A DNA stretch of 64,000 nt, from NCBI GenBank assembly GCA_037445065.1, contig JBBILD010000002.1:160001-224000 (forward strand), written 5' to 3'. The notes beneath the pieces are model-generated. The model saw only the letters and a program-made list of their open reading frames with translations. It was not told the origin of the DNA and did no database searches. Below, piece by piece: positions 1 through 10,041 of this stretch; position 1 is the stretch's first letter; each line of letters begins with the position of its first letter. The stretch comes from Myxococcales bacterium. GTDB taxonomy: Bacteria > Desulfobacterota > Binatia > HRBIN30. Position numbers and translations under genes: made by a program.

Positions 1-1697
1 TGATCCTCTGCTCGATGTCGGCGGTTCTCGTTTTGCAAAATCGAACGGCGAACCGAGTCCTCATGCCATTCGTGTCGGCAACGCTACTCGGGGTGGCTTT
101 GTTCTTTTTGTCGCTGCTGAATTTCGTCACGCCTCCTTTCGATCGTCTGCCATTTACCCCGGGAGAAGGGCGCGATTTGAACCCCTTGCTGCAGAATTAC
201 TGGATGACCATTCATCCCCCGTCGCTCTACCTCGGCTATGTCGGTTGTTCCGTTCCGTTCGCGTTCGCGCTTGCTGCGTTGATTACTGGACGCCTTGATG
301 ATCATTGGATTCGCAGTACGCGGCGCTGGACACTGTTTGCCTGGTTTTTCCTGAGCCTCGGAAATTTGTTTGGTGCGCTCTGGGCGTATCGGGTTTTGGG
401 ATGGGGCGGTTACTGGGCATGGGATCCGGTGGAGAACGCGGCCCTTATGCCTTGGCTCACCTGCACCGCGTTTCTGCACTCGGTCATGATCCAAGAAAAG
501 AAAAACATGCTGAAGGTCTGGAACATGGCGTTGGTGATCCTGACCTTCCTGCTCACCATCTTCGGCACCTTCTTGACGCGCAGCGGCGTCATTTCCTCGG
601 TGCATTCGTTCACGCAGTCTGGCCTCGGCCCGTTTTTCATTGCTTTTTTGTTGCTGGCGGCGGCTTTGTCCGTTGGCTTACTTTTGTACCGGTTGCCGCT
701 GCTCCGCAGCGAGAACGAGTTGGATTCCATTTTGTCGCGCGAGGCCGCTTTCTTGGTGAACAACCTGGTTTTTGTGGCGATCGCTTTCGCGGTCTTTTGG
801 GGAACGATTTTTCCGGTGATCTCGGAGGCCGTGCGCGGTGTAAAGATCACTGTGGGGCCGCCGTTCTTCAATCGGGTCAACGCTCCACTGGGACTGTTGT
901 TGCTGTTTCTGATGGGGGTGGGTCCGCTGATTGCTTGGCGAAGAGCCTCGTGGAGCAGCCTGCGCCGGAGTTTCCAGTGGCCGGCAGTCGTAGGGGCTGG
1001 TTGTGTGGCGGCCTTGCTCGCGATGGGCGTGTGGCACGCTTGGGCGTTGGTTTCCTTTAGTCTTTGCGCGTTTGTGACTGCCACAATTGTGCAGGAATTT
1101 TGGCGTGGGGCGCGCGCTCGTCAGTCGATTGTGGGGGAATCGTTCGGACAAGCGCTGGCGCGTTTGGTGGGAAAAAACCGTCGCCGGTACGGCGGGTATA
1201 TCGTGCATTTGGGTGTCGTCTTGGTCTTTCTAGCGATCACCGGCACCTCGGCGTTTCGGATCGAGCAGCAGGTTGTGGTGAAACGGGGAGAAGCCTTCCG
1301 CATTGGCGACTACCAATTGCGTTTCGACGGGGTGCGAGCCTGGCAGACCGACCACTCCGCGCACCTCGCTGCGGACATCGCCGTGCTGCGAGACGGCCGG
1401 ATGGTGGATGTGCTGCACCCGGAAAAGCGGCTCTACAAAAAGCCGGAGCAGCCGGCCACGGAAGTTGCGATCCGTTCGCGCTGGGGCACGGACCTCTACG
1501 TCGTGCTGGGTAGTTTCGACGAAAAAAGCGGCAGTGCGACGATCCTCGCTTACATCAATCCACTGATCGGCATGTTAGCGTGGGGAGGTCTGGTCTTGGC
1601 TGCTGGCACGTTGATCACGATATGGCCGCAGAGAAGGGCACGGGCGGTGGAAAGCTGGGCTGCAGAGCACCGGGGTCAGAGATCGGCAGAGGGCTGA
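1..1697 (+). CDS. ccmF: Cytochrome c maturation heme lyase CcmF (5'-truncated by window edge)
   Basis: IHPP-LYLGY, WGGYWAWDPVENA (WWD domain), GTFLTRSG, VGPPFFN; frame open upstream of ATG 15. Confidence 0.95.
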   Translation, partial: ILCSMSAVLVLQNRTANRVLMPFVSATLLGVALFFLSLLNFVTPPFDRLPFTPGEGRDLNPLLQNYWMTIHPPSLYLGYVGCSVPFAFALAALITGRLDDHWIRSTRRWTLFAWFFLSLGNLFGALWAYRVLGWGGYWAWDPVENAALMPWLTCTAFLHSVMIQEKKNMLKVWNMALVILTFLLTIFGTFLTRSGVISSVHSFTQSGLGPFFIAFLLLAAALSVGLLLYRLPLLRSENELDSILSREAAFLVNNLVFVAIAFAVFWGTIFPVISEAVRGVKITVGPPFFNRVNAPLGLLLLFLMGVGPLIAWRRASWSSLRRSFQWPAVVGAGCVAALLAMGVWHAWALVSFSLCAFVTATIVQEFWRGARARQSIVGESFGQALARLVGKNRRRYGGYIVHLGVVLVFLAITGTSAFRIEQQVVVKRGEAFRIGDYQLRFDGVRAWQTDHSAHLAADIAVLRDGRMVDVLHPEKRLYKKPEQPATEVAIRSRWGTDLYVVLGSFDEKSGSATILAYINPLIGMLAWGGLVLAAGTLITIWPQRRARAVESWAAEHRGQRSAEG

Positions 1698-1701
1698 CAG
1701 G

Positions 1702-2190
1702 ATGCGTTGGCTGAGCGCCGCTTTGTGCGGGGTTGCCCTCCTGGTGGCGGCGCCTTCGAGTTACGGGAGTGCGCGGCCGCCCAGTATCCAGGACCTCGAA
1801 GAATCGCTGACCTGCCAGTGCGGTTGTGGGCTCACCGTACACAGTTGTAATCACGTTGACTGCAGCTCGGCGATTCCGTTGCGCAAAGAAATCCGCGAAC
1901 AACTGGAAGCCGGGAAAAGTCGGGAGCAGATTTTGCGGCATTTTGTTGAGAAGTACGGGGAAAAAATTCTTTCCGCGCCGACGTTCCAAGGCTTCAATGT
2001 GCTCGCATGGACGACGCCATTCTTGATGCTGGCGCTGGGTGGCTTGGGGCTGGTCGTGATCTTGAGGCGTTGGGGCAGACAAGAGCGTAACAGAAGCTCA
2101 GCCGGGCCTCTGGAAAGTACCCGTTCCACCCTTGTCGAACGTTACCAGCGCAAGCTGGAAGACGAACTCAAACGTTTCGAGGAAGTATAA
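1702..2190 (+). CDS. ccmH: Cytochrome c maturation protein CcmH/CcmL
   Basis: Signal peptide, LTCQCGC motif, FVEKYGEKILSAP, LAWxxP transmembrane helix; directly after ccmF. Confidence 0.88.
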   Translation: MRWLSAALCGVALLVAAPSSYGSARPPSIQDLEESLTCQCGCGLTVHSCNHVDCSSAIPLRKEIREQLEAGKSREQILRHFVEKYGEKILSAPTFQGFNVLAWTTPFLMLALGGLGLVVILRRWGRQERNRSSAGPLESTRSTLVERYQRKLEDELKRFEEV

Positions 2191-2589
2191 GTGGCCACGG
2201 AATTTGTGTTCGGCTTGATTCTAGCGCTTGCCGCGGGGGGATACGCGGTTTTGCCTCTTTGGCGGTTGCAGTCACGACCGGAGCAGCCTGGGGATGGGGT
2301 GGAAAAGGAGTGGGAAGCGCGCAAACGCGAAGCTTTGGCTGCGATCAAGGAGGCCGAGTTCGACTTCGCGATGGGCAAAATGACCGCCGAGGACTTTGCG
2401 CAGATCAAGGGCAAGTACCTGGCCCTGGCCGCCCGAGCGGAGGCAGCGCTCGAGCAGAGTCGAGTCCGGTCAAGTCCCGTTGGCGACCGGGCCCAAGTAT
2501 TGCGGCCGCGTTTTTGCCCCCTGTGCGGTGAGGCGCAACCGGTAAGCGGCCGTTTTTGCGCCCATTGCGGTGGGTCGCTTGCTGCCTGA
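2191..2589 (+). CDS. CcmI/CycH N-terminal-like membrane protein with C-terminal zinc ribbon
   Basis: N-terminal TM helix, IKEAEFDFAMGKM segment, FCPLCG...FCAHCG; abuts ccmH stop. Confidence 0.7.
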   Translation: MATEFVFGLILALAAGGYAVLPLWRLQSRPEQPGDGVEKEWEARKREALAAIKEAEFDFAMGKMTAEDFAQIKGKYLALAARAEAALEQSRVRSSPVGDRAQVLRPRFCPLCGEAQPVSGRFCAHCGGSLAA

Positions 2590-2632
2590 TCGGGCGGAGG
2601 CTCGCTTCGGGGCTCGCTTGGCTGCTGCGTCC

Positions 2633-2686
2633 AGGCAGGGTTGCTTGGCAAAAGCCGTGCGCCTGGTTTCAAACCCTGCCTTTTTT
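2633..2686 (+). terminator. Putative intrinsic terminator/attenuator after the ccm operon
   Basis: 10-bp inverted repeat AGGCAGGGTT/AACCCTGCCT followed by a T run; loop unusually long. Confidence 0.45.
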
Positions 2687-2734
2687 AGCGAACGCTTGCA
2701 ACGAAACAGGCATTGCAGCATTGTCATAAGGACC

Positions 2735-3715
2735 ATGCGACGTGAACGAGGACCCGTATCGCAATTCTTGGAGAGGCATTTTTTGCACTTCAACGCCGCG
2801 ACACTGGTCGACGCCGCGCGGGCGTATGAGGATCTGGTGGAACGGGGCGGTAAAATGCTGGTGGCTCTCGCTGGAGCGATGAGCACGGCCGAACTAGGGC
2901 GCAGCCTTGCCGAGATGATCCGCCAGAAGAAAGTGCACTTGATTTCGTGTACGGGTGCCAACCTTGAAGAAGACGTGATGAACCTGATCGCGCATTCGCA
3001 CTACAAACGGATTCCGAACTACAGAGAGTTGACGCCCGCAGACGAACTGCAGCTGTTGCGCCAGCAGTACAATCGGGTGACCGATACGTGCATCCCGGAA
3101 GAGGAGGCGTTCCGGCGGTTGCAGGCTTTGTTACTGGATGTCTGGACGCGGGCGCGGGACCGGGGGGAGCGGTTTTTCCCCCACGAGTACTTTTTCCAGC
3201 TCATTCGCGAGCGGCGGTTGGAGCCGTATTACGAAATCGATCCGCGCGATTCTTGGGTGGTGGCTGCGGCGGAGCACGATGTCCCGATGGTCGTTCCAGG
3301 GTGGGAGGACTCAACTTGTGGAAACATCTTTGCCGCCTACGTGATGAAAGAGGCTCTGCCAGTGGAAATCGTTCGCTCGGGCATCGAATACATGGTGTGG
3401 CTGGCGCTCTGGTACTCGCAGAATGCGCAGCCCCCCGGAGTTGGTTTTCTCCAAATCGGCGGTGGAATCGCTGGCGATTTCCCGATTTGCGTGGTCCCAT
3501 TGCTTCATCAGGACTTGGGGAAGCGAAACGTGCCCCTGTGGTCGTACTTTTGCCAGATCAGTGACTCGACCACGAGCTATGGTTCGTACTCAGGAGCGGT
3601 GCCCAATGAGAAAATCACCTGGGGCAAACTCGGTGTTGACACTCCTCGCTTCATGATCGAGAGCGATGCGACCATAGTGGCGCCTCTGTTATTTGCCTGG
3701 GTACTGGGCTGGTGA
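2735..3715 (+). CDS. Deoxyhypusine synthase-like protein (probable homospermidine/polyamine synthase)
   Basis: LAGAMSTAELG, SCTGANLEED, YNRVTD, IGGGIAGDF, SYSGAVPNEKITWGK; ATG 2735 follows AGGA. Confidence 0.9.
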   Translation: MRRERGPVSQFLERHFLHFNAATLVDAARAYEDLVERGGKMLVALAGAMSTAELGRSLAEMIRQKKVHLISCTGANLEEDVMNLIAHSHYKRIPNYRELTPADELQLLRQQYNRVTDTCIPEEEAFRRLQALLLDVWTRARDRGERFFPHEYFFQLIRERRLEPYYEIDPRDSWVVAAAEHDVPMVVPGWEDSTCGNIFAAYVMKEALPVEIVRSGIEYMVWLALWYSQNAQPPGVGFLQIGGGIAGDFPICVVPLLHQDLGKRNVPLWSYFCQISDSTTSYGSYSGAVPNEKITWGKLGVDTPRFMIESDATIVAPLLFAWVLGW

Positions 3716-3773
3716 GGTCGTGAGGAAGACCGAGAAGAGCTGCGTTGCGGGGAAGGGAAGGCAGGAGGGAGCG

Positions 3774-4937
3774 GTGAAGAGGCAGGTGCGAAGGCAAACG
3801 AGGACAGGCCGGATCGGGATGGTACTGTCGGGCGGAGGCGCACGGGGAGCGTTTCAAGTGGGGGTGTACGAACGGTTGCTCGCTGATCCACGGTTTGCCC
3901 GTGGACCGGTGGCCCTTTCTGGTACCTCCGCGGGGGCGATCAATGCTGCACTAATCGCGGCTGGGCGCTCACCCAAGGAGATGATGGAGTTCTGGAACTC
4001 GATCGCAGACAACCCTCCGGCAACAGTCAGCCGAGTGTTTTTTTCCTCGGCTCTGCGCACGTTTGTGACGCTTGCCGTTCGAGAAGGCATCCGCTCTCTG
4101 GTTCCCGGACGCCGCTGGACCTCCTTCTGGCAGCGATTGCGAAACCACATGCCCCCTAGGCCGGGAGATCTCCTCGCTTTTTGGGTGGAGTACCTGCTCG
4201 CCGTCCGCTTTGAACTTGTGAGCGACTTGCTATCGGGAATCCGCGAGCCGTTTCTTGCTGACACCCGCGAACTTCGTTCCCGACTCATTGAGTTCATTGG
4301 CTCCGAAACGGTTCCCACTGGTCGTGTGGACTTGGCCATTAACACCGTGGACGCGCACACGGGGCGGGTTGTGCGCTTTGTCACGAAGCGAACGCCTCTG
4401 ACTCGGCCCCCCGACTACCACATCGTTGATGCGATCACGGTGGACATGATCATGGCGAGTTGCTCCATTCCTCTACTGTTCCCCCCGGTTCGACTCGGGC
4501 CCCATTTGCTTTGGGACGGTGGGTTGCTCGTGAACACGCCGTTGGCCCCCGTCGTTGCGCTTGGCGCGGATGAGATTATCCCGGTGTTGGTTACCGAACC
4601 ACCAGAGGCAGAACTTCTGCCTTTAGGCCATTTTGGTCGCGCAGTGGAGCGGACGGTCGACAGCCTTCTGGAAAACGCATACAACGTGGACCGTAAGCTG
4701 CTCCTCGAGCGGAATCGTCTGGCCGCGTTGGATCCGGGCACGTATCGTACGGTGACGTTGTACGAGGCTGTACGGCCTGCGCGTGACGGCTTGTTTAACG
4801 CAGGCTCGTATTTGTACTTCGAGCGCTCGGTGCTGGCCGCTATGCATGGCGCCGGAGTGAAGGCTGCGGAGGCGTGGCTGGCCCGCGGCCCGGTCATTGA
4901 CCATCTCGAGGAGAGCACCGCCGGGGCCGCCGCGTAG
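3774..4937 (+). CDS. Patatin-like phospholipase
   Basis: LSGGGARG, GTSAG nucleophile, DGG motif; GTG start with GGAGG RBS (estimated). Confidence 0.9.
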   Translation: MKRQVRRQTRTGRIGMVLSGGGARGAFQVGVYERLLADPRFARGPVALSGTSAGAINAALIAAGRSPKEMMEFWNSIADNPPATVSRVFFSSALRTFVTLAVREGIRSLVPGRRWTSFWQRLRNHMPPRPGDLLAFWVEYLLAVRFELVSDLLSGIREPFLADTRELRSRLIEFIGSETVPTGRVDLAINTVDAHTGRVVRFVTKRTPLTRPPDYHIVDAITVDMIMASCSIPLLFPPVRLGPHLLWDGGLLVNTPLAPVVALGADEIIPVLVTEPPEAELLPLGHFGRAVERTVDSLLENAYNVDRKLLLERNRLAALDPGTYRTVTLYEAVRPARDGLFNAGSYLYFERSVLAAMHGAGVKAAEAWLARGPVIDHLEESTAGAAA

Positions 4938-4998
4938 AGCAGGCCTTCTCCCATCCGGCTCGCTTGCGGTTGCGACGTGCTTGGGCCATGCAAGCGGC

Positions 4999-6147
4999 AT
5001 GCGCCGTGAAATTTTCAGTCACGAACACGAGCTTTTTCGATCCCAGTTCCGCCGTTTCGCGGAGCGCGAGGTCGTACCGAAGATCGCGCGCTGGAACGCG
5101 CAAGGGATGAGCGACCGCGAGACGTGGCGGCGAGCCGGCGAAGAGGGCTTCCTGGGTGCCAACCAACCCGTCGAGTACGGAGGGAGCGGAGGCGACTTCC
5201 TGTACGATGCGATCATTATGGAAGAGATGGCGGACTTGCGCGCACACGCCATGATGATCTCACTCCATTGTGACATTTGCATGCCGTATTTGGTCTCGTA
5301 CGGTTCCGAAGAGCAGAAACTGAAGTACTTAGCGCCCGCGATTCGTGGCGAAATCATTCTCGGCATCGCGATGACGGAACCGGGCGCCGGCTCTGACCTG
5401 GCTGGTATTCAAACAAGAGCAGAGCGCCGGGGCGACCATTACGTGTTGAACGGAACCAAAACCTTTATCTCGAACGGGCAAATCGCTGATCTGTTCATCG
5501 TCGTTGCCAAAACGGATCCTGCGGCAGTGCCACCACACCGGGGCATTAGCCTGTTCTTGGTGGAGGCGACGAGCCCGGGATTCCGGCGTGGCCGGCGCCT
5601 GGAGAAGTTGGGCTTACGCGGCCAAGACACCAGTGAAATCGCTTTTGAAGATTGTGTCGTGCCGCGCGAGAACCTCCTCGGTGAGGAAGGGAAGGGCTTC
5701 CGCATGCTCATGGAGAAGCTGCAGCAAGAGCGGCTGTGTATCGCGGTTGCGTCCCTGGCTTCCAGTCGGCGCGCGCTCTTGGACACGATGGAGTACGTGA
5801 GACAGCGCCGCGCGTTTGGTCGAGCCATCGCGTCGTTTCAGAATACGCAGTTCAAGCTGGCTGAACTGGCCACTGAGGTGGAAATCGGGCAGGCCTTCAT
5901 TGACAAACTCCTGCTAGCACACGTTCGAGGGGAGGACTTGGTGACCGAGGTCAGCATGGCGAAGTGGTGGACCACGGATTTGCAAAAGCGCCTCACGAGC
6001 GAGTGTTTGCAGTTACACGGCGGCTACGGTTTTATGTTGGAGTACCCGATCTCCATGGATTACGCGGATGCTGCGGTGCAAACGATTTACGCTGGTTCCA
6101 ACGAAATCATGAAAGTGATCATCGCGCGCCGGCTGGGTTTGGAGTGA
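4999..6147 (+). CDS. Acyl-CoA dehydrogenase (long-chain type)
   Basis: AMTEPGAGSD, NGTKTFISNG, RRAFG, LQLHGGYGFMLEY, IYAGSNEIMK. Confidence 0.95.
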   Translation: MRREIFSHEHELFRSQFRRFAEREVVPKIARWNAQGMSDRETWRRAGEEGFLGANQPVEYGGSGGDFLYDAIIMEEMADLRAHAMMISLHCDICMPYLVSYGSEEQKLKYLAPAIRGEIILGIAMTEPGAGSDLAGIQTRAERRGDHYVLNGTKTFISNGQIADLFIVVAKTDPAAVPPHRGISLFLVEATSPGFRRGRRLEKLGLRGQDTSEIAFEDCVVPRENLLGEEGKGFRMLMEKLQQERLCIAVASLASSRRALLDTMEYVRQRRAFGRAIASFQNTQFKLAELATEVEIGQAFIDKLLLAHVRGEDLVTEVSMAKWWTTDLQKRLTSECLQLHGGYGFMLEYPISMDYADAAVQTIYAGSNEIMKVIIARRLGLE

Positions 6148-6383
6148 AGGACGCCACGGGAGTGGAGAGCTGCGGTTCATCGCGGCGCCTGAACCCAGGG
6201 GGCTCCTTTGGGAAAGAAAGAATGTGGCGCCTCGCTCGTCGAACCAAGGCCCGACCCTCCGCCTGCCGGTGGGTTTCATGCCGGCTCTCAGGCCCGTTTC
6301 CGAATAAACGAGTGCCTCTCGCTTGCTTCGAACAAGTTTGCGGTGATGCTAGAGCGCGCTTTGGGGGCGCTCGTCACGAAAAG

Positions 6384-6456
<73 letters not shown>

Positions 6457-6577
6457 TTGCGTGCCGAGACAGGTACCCAAGGAAGGCAGCGTGCGCAAGG
6501 GGACCCTTTCTCTGTCAGGCTAGAATGGTCGCCAGTACGTGGCGCGAGCTGCCGGGCCTGTGGTACACCTAATCCCT

Positions 6578-8263
6578 GTGCAAGAGGCAGAGTTTTTAGT
6601 GATCGGCAGCGGGCTTGCAGGCCTCACCTTTGCCCTCAAGGTTGCTCCGTACGGGCGGGTCCATGTGGTCACCAAGGATCGGTTGCCCGAAAGCGCGACC
6701 GAGTATGCGCAAGGGGGCATTGCCTCTGTGTGGAGCGCGGAGGATTCTTTCGCGGATCACGTCCGCGATACGTTGGCAGCAGGTGCCGGTCTTTGCCATG
6801 AGGAGATTGTGGAAATGGTCGTGCGGGAGGGGCCGGACCGGGTGCGCGAGCTGATTGCTTTAGGCACGCGCTTTTCGACTCGCGGAGGATCGGAGGACGA
6901 GTACGACCTGGGGCAAGAAGGCGGCCATAGTCACAGAAGAATTCTCCACGCCTCCGACGCCACCGGGCATGAGATCATGCGCGCCTTGGTGGCCGCGGTG
7001 CGGTCCCAGCCAAACATCAGGTTGTTCGAAAAGCACCTCGCGGTCGATCTCCTGGTGGATGCGAAGTTTGGGCGCCAGGCGGACGGGCCCAACTGCTGGG
7101 GCGCGTACGTGCTGGATTTGAACCACGGGGGAGTGGAACGTTTTCAAGCGAAGGTAACGTTGTTGGCAACGGGCGGTGCCGGCAAGGTGTACTTGTATAC
7201 GAGCAATCCAGATGTTGCGACCGGCGATGGGATCGCCATGGCGTACCGGGCCGGAGTGCCGATCGGAAACATGGAGTTTTTCCAGTTCCATCCCACCTGC
7301 CTGTACCACCCGCGGGCCAAGTCCTTTCTAATCAGCGAAGCCTTACGTGGTGAAGGTGCCGTTCTGCGGGCACCCAGCGGTGAGGCGTTCATGCGGAAGT
7401 ACGACCCGCGCGGAGAATTGGCCCCGAGAGACGTGGTCGCGCGCGCGATTGATCACGAGATGAAGGTCCACGGGTACGACTGTGTCTTCCTCGACATCAC
7501 TCACCGGCCAGCCGAGTTTGTGCGCCAGCGCTTTCCGCTCATTTATGAGCAATGCAAGCGCTATGGGATCGATATTACCTCGGAATGGATCCCGGTCGTG
7601 CCAGCGGCGCACTACTGCTGCGGGGGTGCAATCACCGATGCCGATGGGCGAACAGAACTGCCCCGTCTGTTTGCCGCTGGTGAAGTGGCCATGACGGGTC
7701 TCCACGGCGCGAATCGGTTGGCATCGAACTCCTTGCTCGAGGCCCTTGTGTTTGGTCATCGTGCTGCAATGGCTGCCAGGGAGTGGGTTGCGTCGGATCA
7801 CCAGCCCCTGCCGGAGCTGCCGGATTGGAACCCAGGCAATGCAGTCAACAGTGACGAAATGGTTGTGGTGAGCCAAAACTGGGACGAGATCCGGCGCGTG
7901 ATGTGGAACTACGTGGGCATCGTGCGGTCTAACCGCAGGTTAGCGCGGGCTTACAAGCGCATCCGCCTACTGCAGGAAGAGATCCAGCAATACTACTGGG
8001 ATTTTCTCATCACGGGGGATCTAATCGAGTTGCGCAACATTGCCTTGGTTGCCGAGTTGATTATTTGTTCGGCAATTTTGCGCAAGGAGAGCCGGGGGTT
8101 GCACTTCAATTTGGACTACCCACAGCGCGACGACATCCACTGGAGACGCGATACGGTGTTACGACTCGGCGAGCCGCTGCCCATCGACTTGCCTGAATTG
8201 TTCGGTGTCGCTTCCGTGCGAGCAGGGGCGGCGAATCCCACACCGCTCTCGGTGGGCGGCTGA
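6578..8263 (+). CDS. nadB: L-aspartate oxidase
   Basis: IGSGLAG, YAQGGIA, EGGHSHRRILH, QFHPT, SEALRGEG, HGANRLASNSLLE, ESRGLH; start estimated. Confidence 0.95.
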   Translation: MQEAEFLVIGSGLAGLTFALKVAPYGRVHVVTKDRLPESATEYAQGGIASVWSAEDSFADHVRDTLAAGAGLCHEEIVEMVVREGPDRVRELIALGTRFSTRGGSEDEYDLGQEGGHSHRRILHASDATGHEIMRALVAAVRSQPNIRLFEKHLAVDLLVDAKFGRQADGPNCWGAYVLDLNHGGVERFQAKVTLLATGGAGKVYLYTSNPDVATGDGIAMAYRAGVPIGNMEFFQFHPTCLYHPRAKSFLISEALRGEGAVLRAPSGEAFMRKYDPRGELAPRDVVARAIDHEMKVHGYDCVFLDITHRPAEFVRQRFPLIYEQCKRYGIDITSEWIPVVPAAHYCCGGAITDADGRTELPRLFAAGEVAMTGLHGANRLASNSLLEALVFGHRAAMAAREWVASDHQPLPELPDWNPGNAVNSDEMVVVSQNWDEIRRVMWNYVGIVRSNRRLARAYKRIRLLQEEIQQYYWDFLITGDLIELRNIALVAELIICSAILRKESRGLHFNLDYPQRDDIHWRRDTVLRLGEPLPIDLPELFGVASVRAGAANPTPLSVGG

Positions 8264-8297
8264 TTGTGAGGATATCGGCGAGCGAAGGGTTCAGGGT

Positions 8298-9458
8298 ATG
8301 AAGCGGCTCAGTATCCTTGGCAGCACCGGGTCCATCGGTGTGACCACCTTGGACTTGGTGGGGCGATTCCCAGACCGCTTTGCGGTTGTGGGCCTGGCAG
8401 CAGGCAGTCGGGTCGAGCGGGTGATTGAGCAGGCCCGGCTGTTCCGGCCAGAGCTGGTTGCCCTGGGGAGCGAGGAGGCTGCTCGAGAGTTCCGGCAAGG
8501 GTTTCCTGGGTTTCGCGGTGAGGTGCTGAGTGGACCCGAGGGGCTGGTGGCGGTAGCAACGGCGCCGGGCGTGGACCTGGTCGTCTCTGCCCTGGTCGGA
8601 GCCGCAGGTCTCATGCCTACCCTCGCTGCTTTGCAGCGGGGCACTGCGGTTGCCTTGGCGAACAAGGAGGTTTTGGTGGTCGGCGGGGACCTGGTGACGC
8701 GTACGGCGCGTGCCTCTAACGCCCCGCTCATTCCGTTGGATAGCGAGCACAGTGCTTTGTTGCAGGCACTGGACGGACAGCCCCGGGAGGCGGTGCGCCG
8801 TCTCATCCTCACCGCTTCTGGAGGTCCTTTTCTCCACACCCCCAAGGCGGAGCTCGCGCATGTCACGGTAGAGCAGGCATTACGGCATCCCACTTGGAAG
8901 ATGGGCAGTAAAATCACGGTGGATTCGGCTACGCTCATGAACAAGGGCCTCGAGGTAATCGAGGCGCACTGGCTTTTTGGATTTCCGCCGGGACAGATTG
9001 ACGTAGTCGTGCATCCGCAGAGCATTGTGCACTCGCTGGTCGAGTACGTTGACGGGTCTGTACTTGCCCAGCTTGCCGTTCCGGACATGGCGATCCCAAT
9101 TGCCTTTGCCTTGTCTTACCCGGAGCGACTCTCCCTCGACCATCTCCCTCGCCTTCGCCTCGAGGAGGTGGGGCGACTCGAGTTCCTCACCCCGGATGTC
9201 GAGCGCTTTCCGTGCCTGGGTTTGGCATACGAGAGTTTGCGTCTCGGGGGGACTGCCCCGGCCGTGTTAAACGCCGCCAACGAGGAGCTTGTGTCGGCTT
9301 TCCTAGCGGGCCAGATCCCGTTTTTGGCGATTCCGGCGGGCATTGAACGAGTACTGGCGCGTCACTCGCCGCAACTAGCAAGCTCGCTCGAAGTCTTGCT
9401 TGCAGCTGACCACTGGGCTCGCGAGGAGGCGCGGAACTTCGTTCATGTACGAGCGTAG
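8298..9458 (+). CDS. dxr: 1-deoxy-D-xylulose-5-phosphate reductoisomerase
   Basis: LGSTGSIG, LANKE, PLDSEH, LTASGGPF, WKMGSKITVDSATLMNKGLE, NAANE. Confidence 0.97.
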   Translation: MKRLSILGSTGSIGVTTLDLVGRFPDRFAVVGLAAGSRVERVIEQARLFRPELVALGSEEAAREFRQGFPGFRGEVLSGPEGLVAVATAPGVDLVVSALVGAAGLMPTLAALQRGTAVALANKEVLVVGGDLVTRTARASNAPLIPLDSEHSALLQALDGQPREAVRRLILTASGGPFLHTPKAELAHVTVEQALRHPTWKMGSKITVDSATLMNKGLEVIEAHWLFGFPPGQIDVVVHPQSIVHSLVEYVDGSVLAQLAVPDMAIPIAFALSYPERLSLDHLPRLRLEEVGRLEFLTPDVERFPCLGLAYESLRLGGTAPAVLNAANEELVSAFLAGQIPFLAIPAGIERVLARHSPQLASSLEVLLAADHWAREEARNFVHVRA

Positions 9459-9517
9459 AAGCGCCTTTACTGTGAGCACAATCCTGTGCTAGCGCGTCTG
9501 AGCGAGGGTGAGGACGC

Positions 9518-9883
9518 GTGGAACAGTCTGAGTTGGAGGTCTTCCGCAGTCTGTTGATGAGCCGGAGGGATGCAATCCTAGCGGAAGCGGGTCGTACTGT
9601 GGGTGGCATGAGCCGCTCCCGTGAAGACGTGTTCGACGATATTGACCTCGGCAACATGGAGGTAGAGCGCGCCCCCCTGCTGCGGATTCGGGAACGAGAA
9701 CGCAAGCTGCTGGGCAAAATCGAAGCGGCCTTAGCGCGCATCGAGGCGGGGACATATGGCGTGTGTGAACGGTGCGGCGGGCCGATCGGAGTGGATCGCT
9801 TGCGAGCCCGGCCGGTGACCACGTTCTGCATCGCGTGCAAGGCAGAGCAAGAAGAGCAAGAGCGCCGCAAAGGTGCCCGCTAA
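9518..9883 (+). CDS. dksA: DksA/TraR family C4 zinc-finger RNA polymerase regulator
   Basis: Coiled coil with DDID tip, YGVCERCGGPI...RLRARP...CIACK. Confidence 0.85.
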   Translation: MEQSELEVFRSLLMSRRDAILAEAGRTVGGMSRSREDVFDDIDLGNMEVERAPLLRIRERERKLLGKIEAALARIEAGTYGVCERCGGPIGVDRLRARPVTTFCIACKAEQEEQERRKGAR

Positions 9884-10041
9884 AGCGGGGTCTTTGTAAA
9901 GGACCTAGCGAAGTGGGCGTTGTGCTCGGGCTGAGTCCCAGTTACTTGCAGAAAATCCGCTTTGCTCGGCGGTCGCTGTGTGCTACAAGCGCCGCGTATC
10001 TAGCTTGGGCCGCCGGCTAGTAAGAACGAAAGGAAAGCGGC

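Noticed and set aside
2735..3715. Bacterial hypusination of EF-P or IF-1
   Set aside because: Bacterial DHS homologues are generally polyamine enzymes; no efp or hydroxylase is adjacent.
8298..9458. dxr outside the usual uppS-cdsA-dxr-rseP context
   Set aside because: A simple rearrangement with no evidence of new function.
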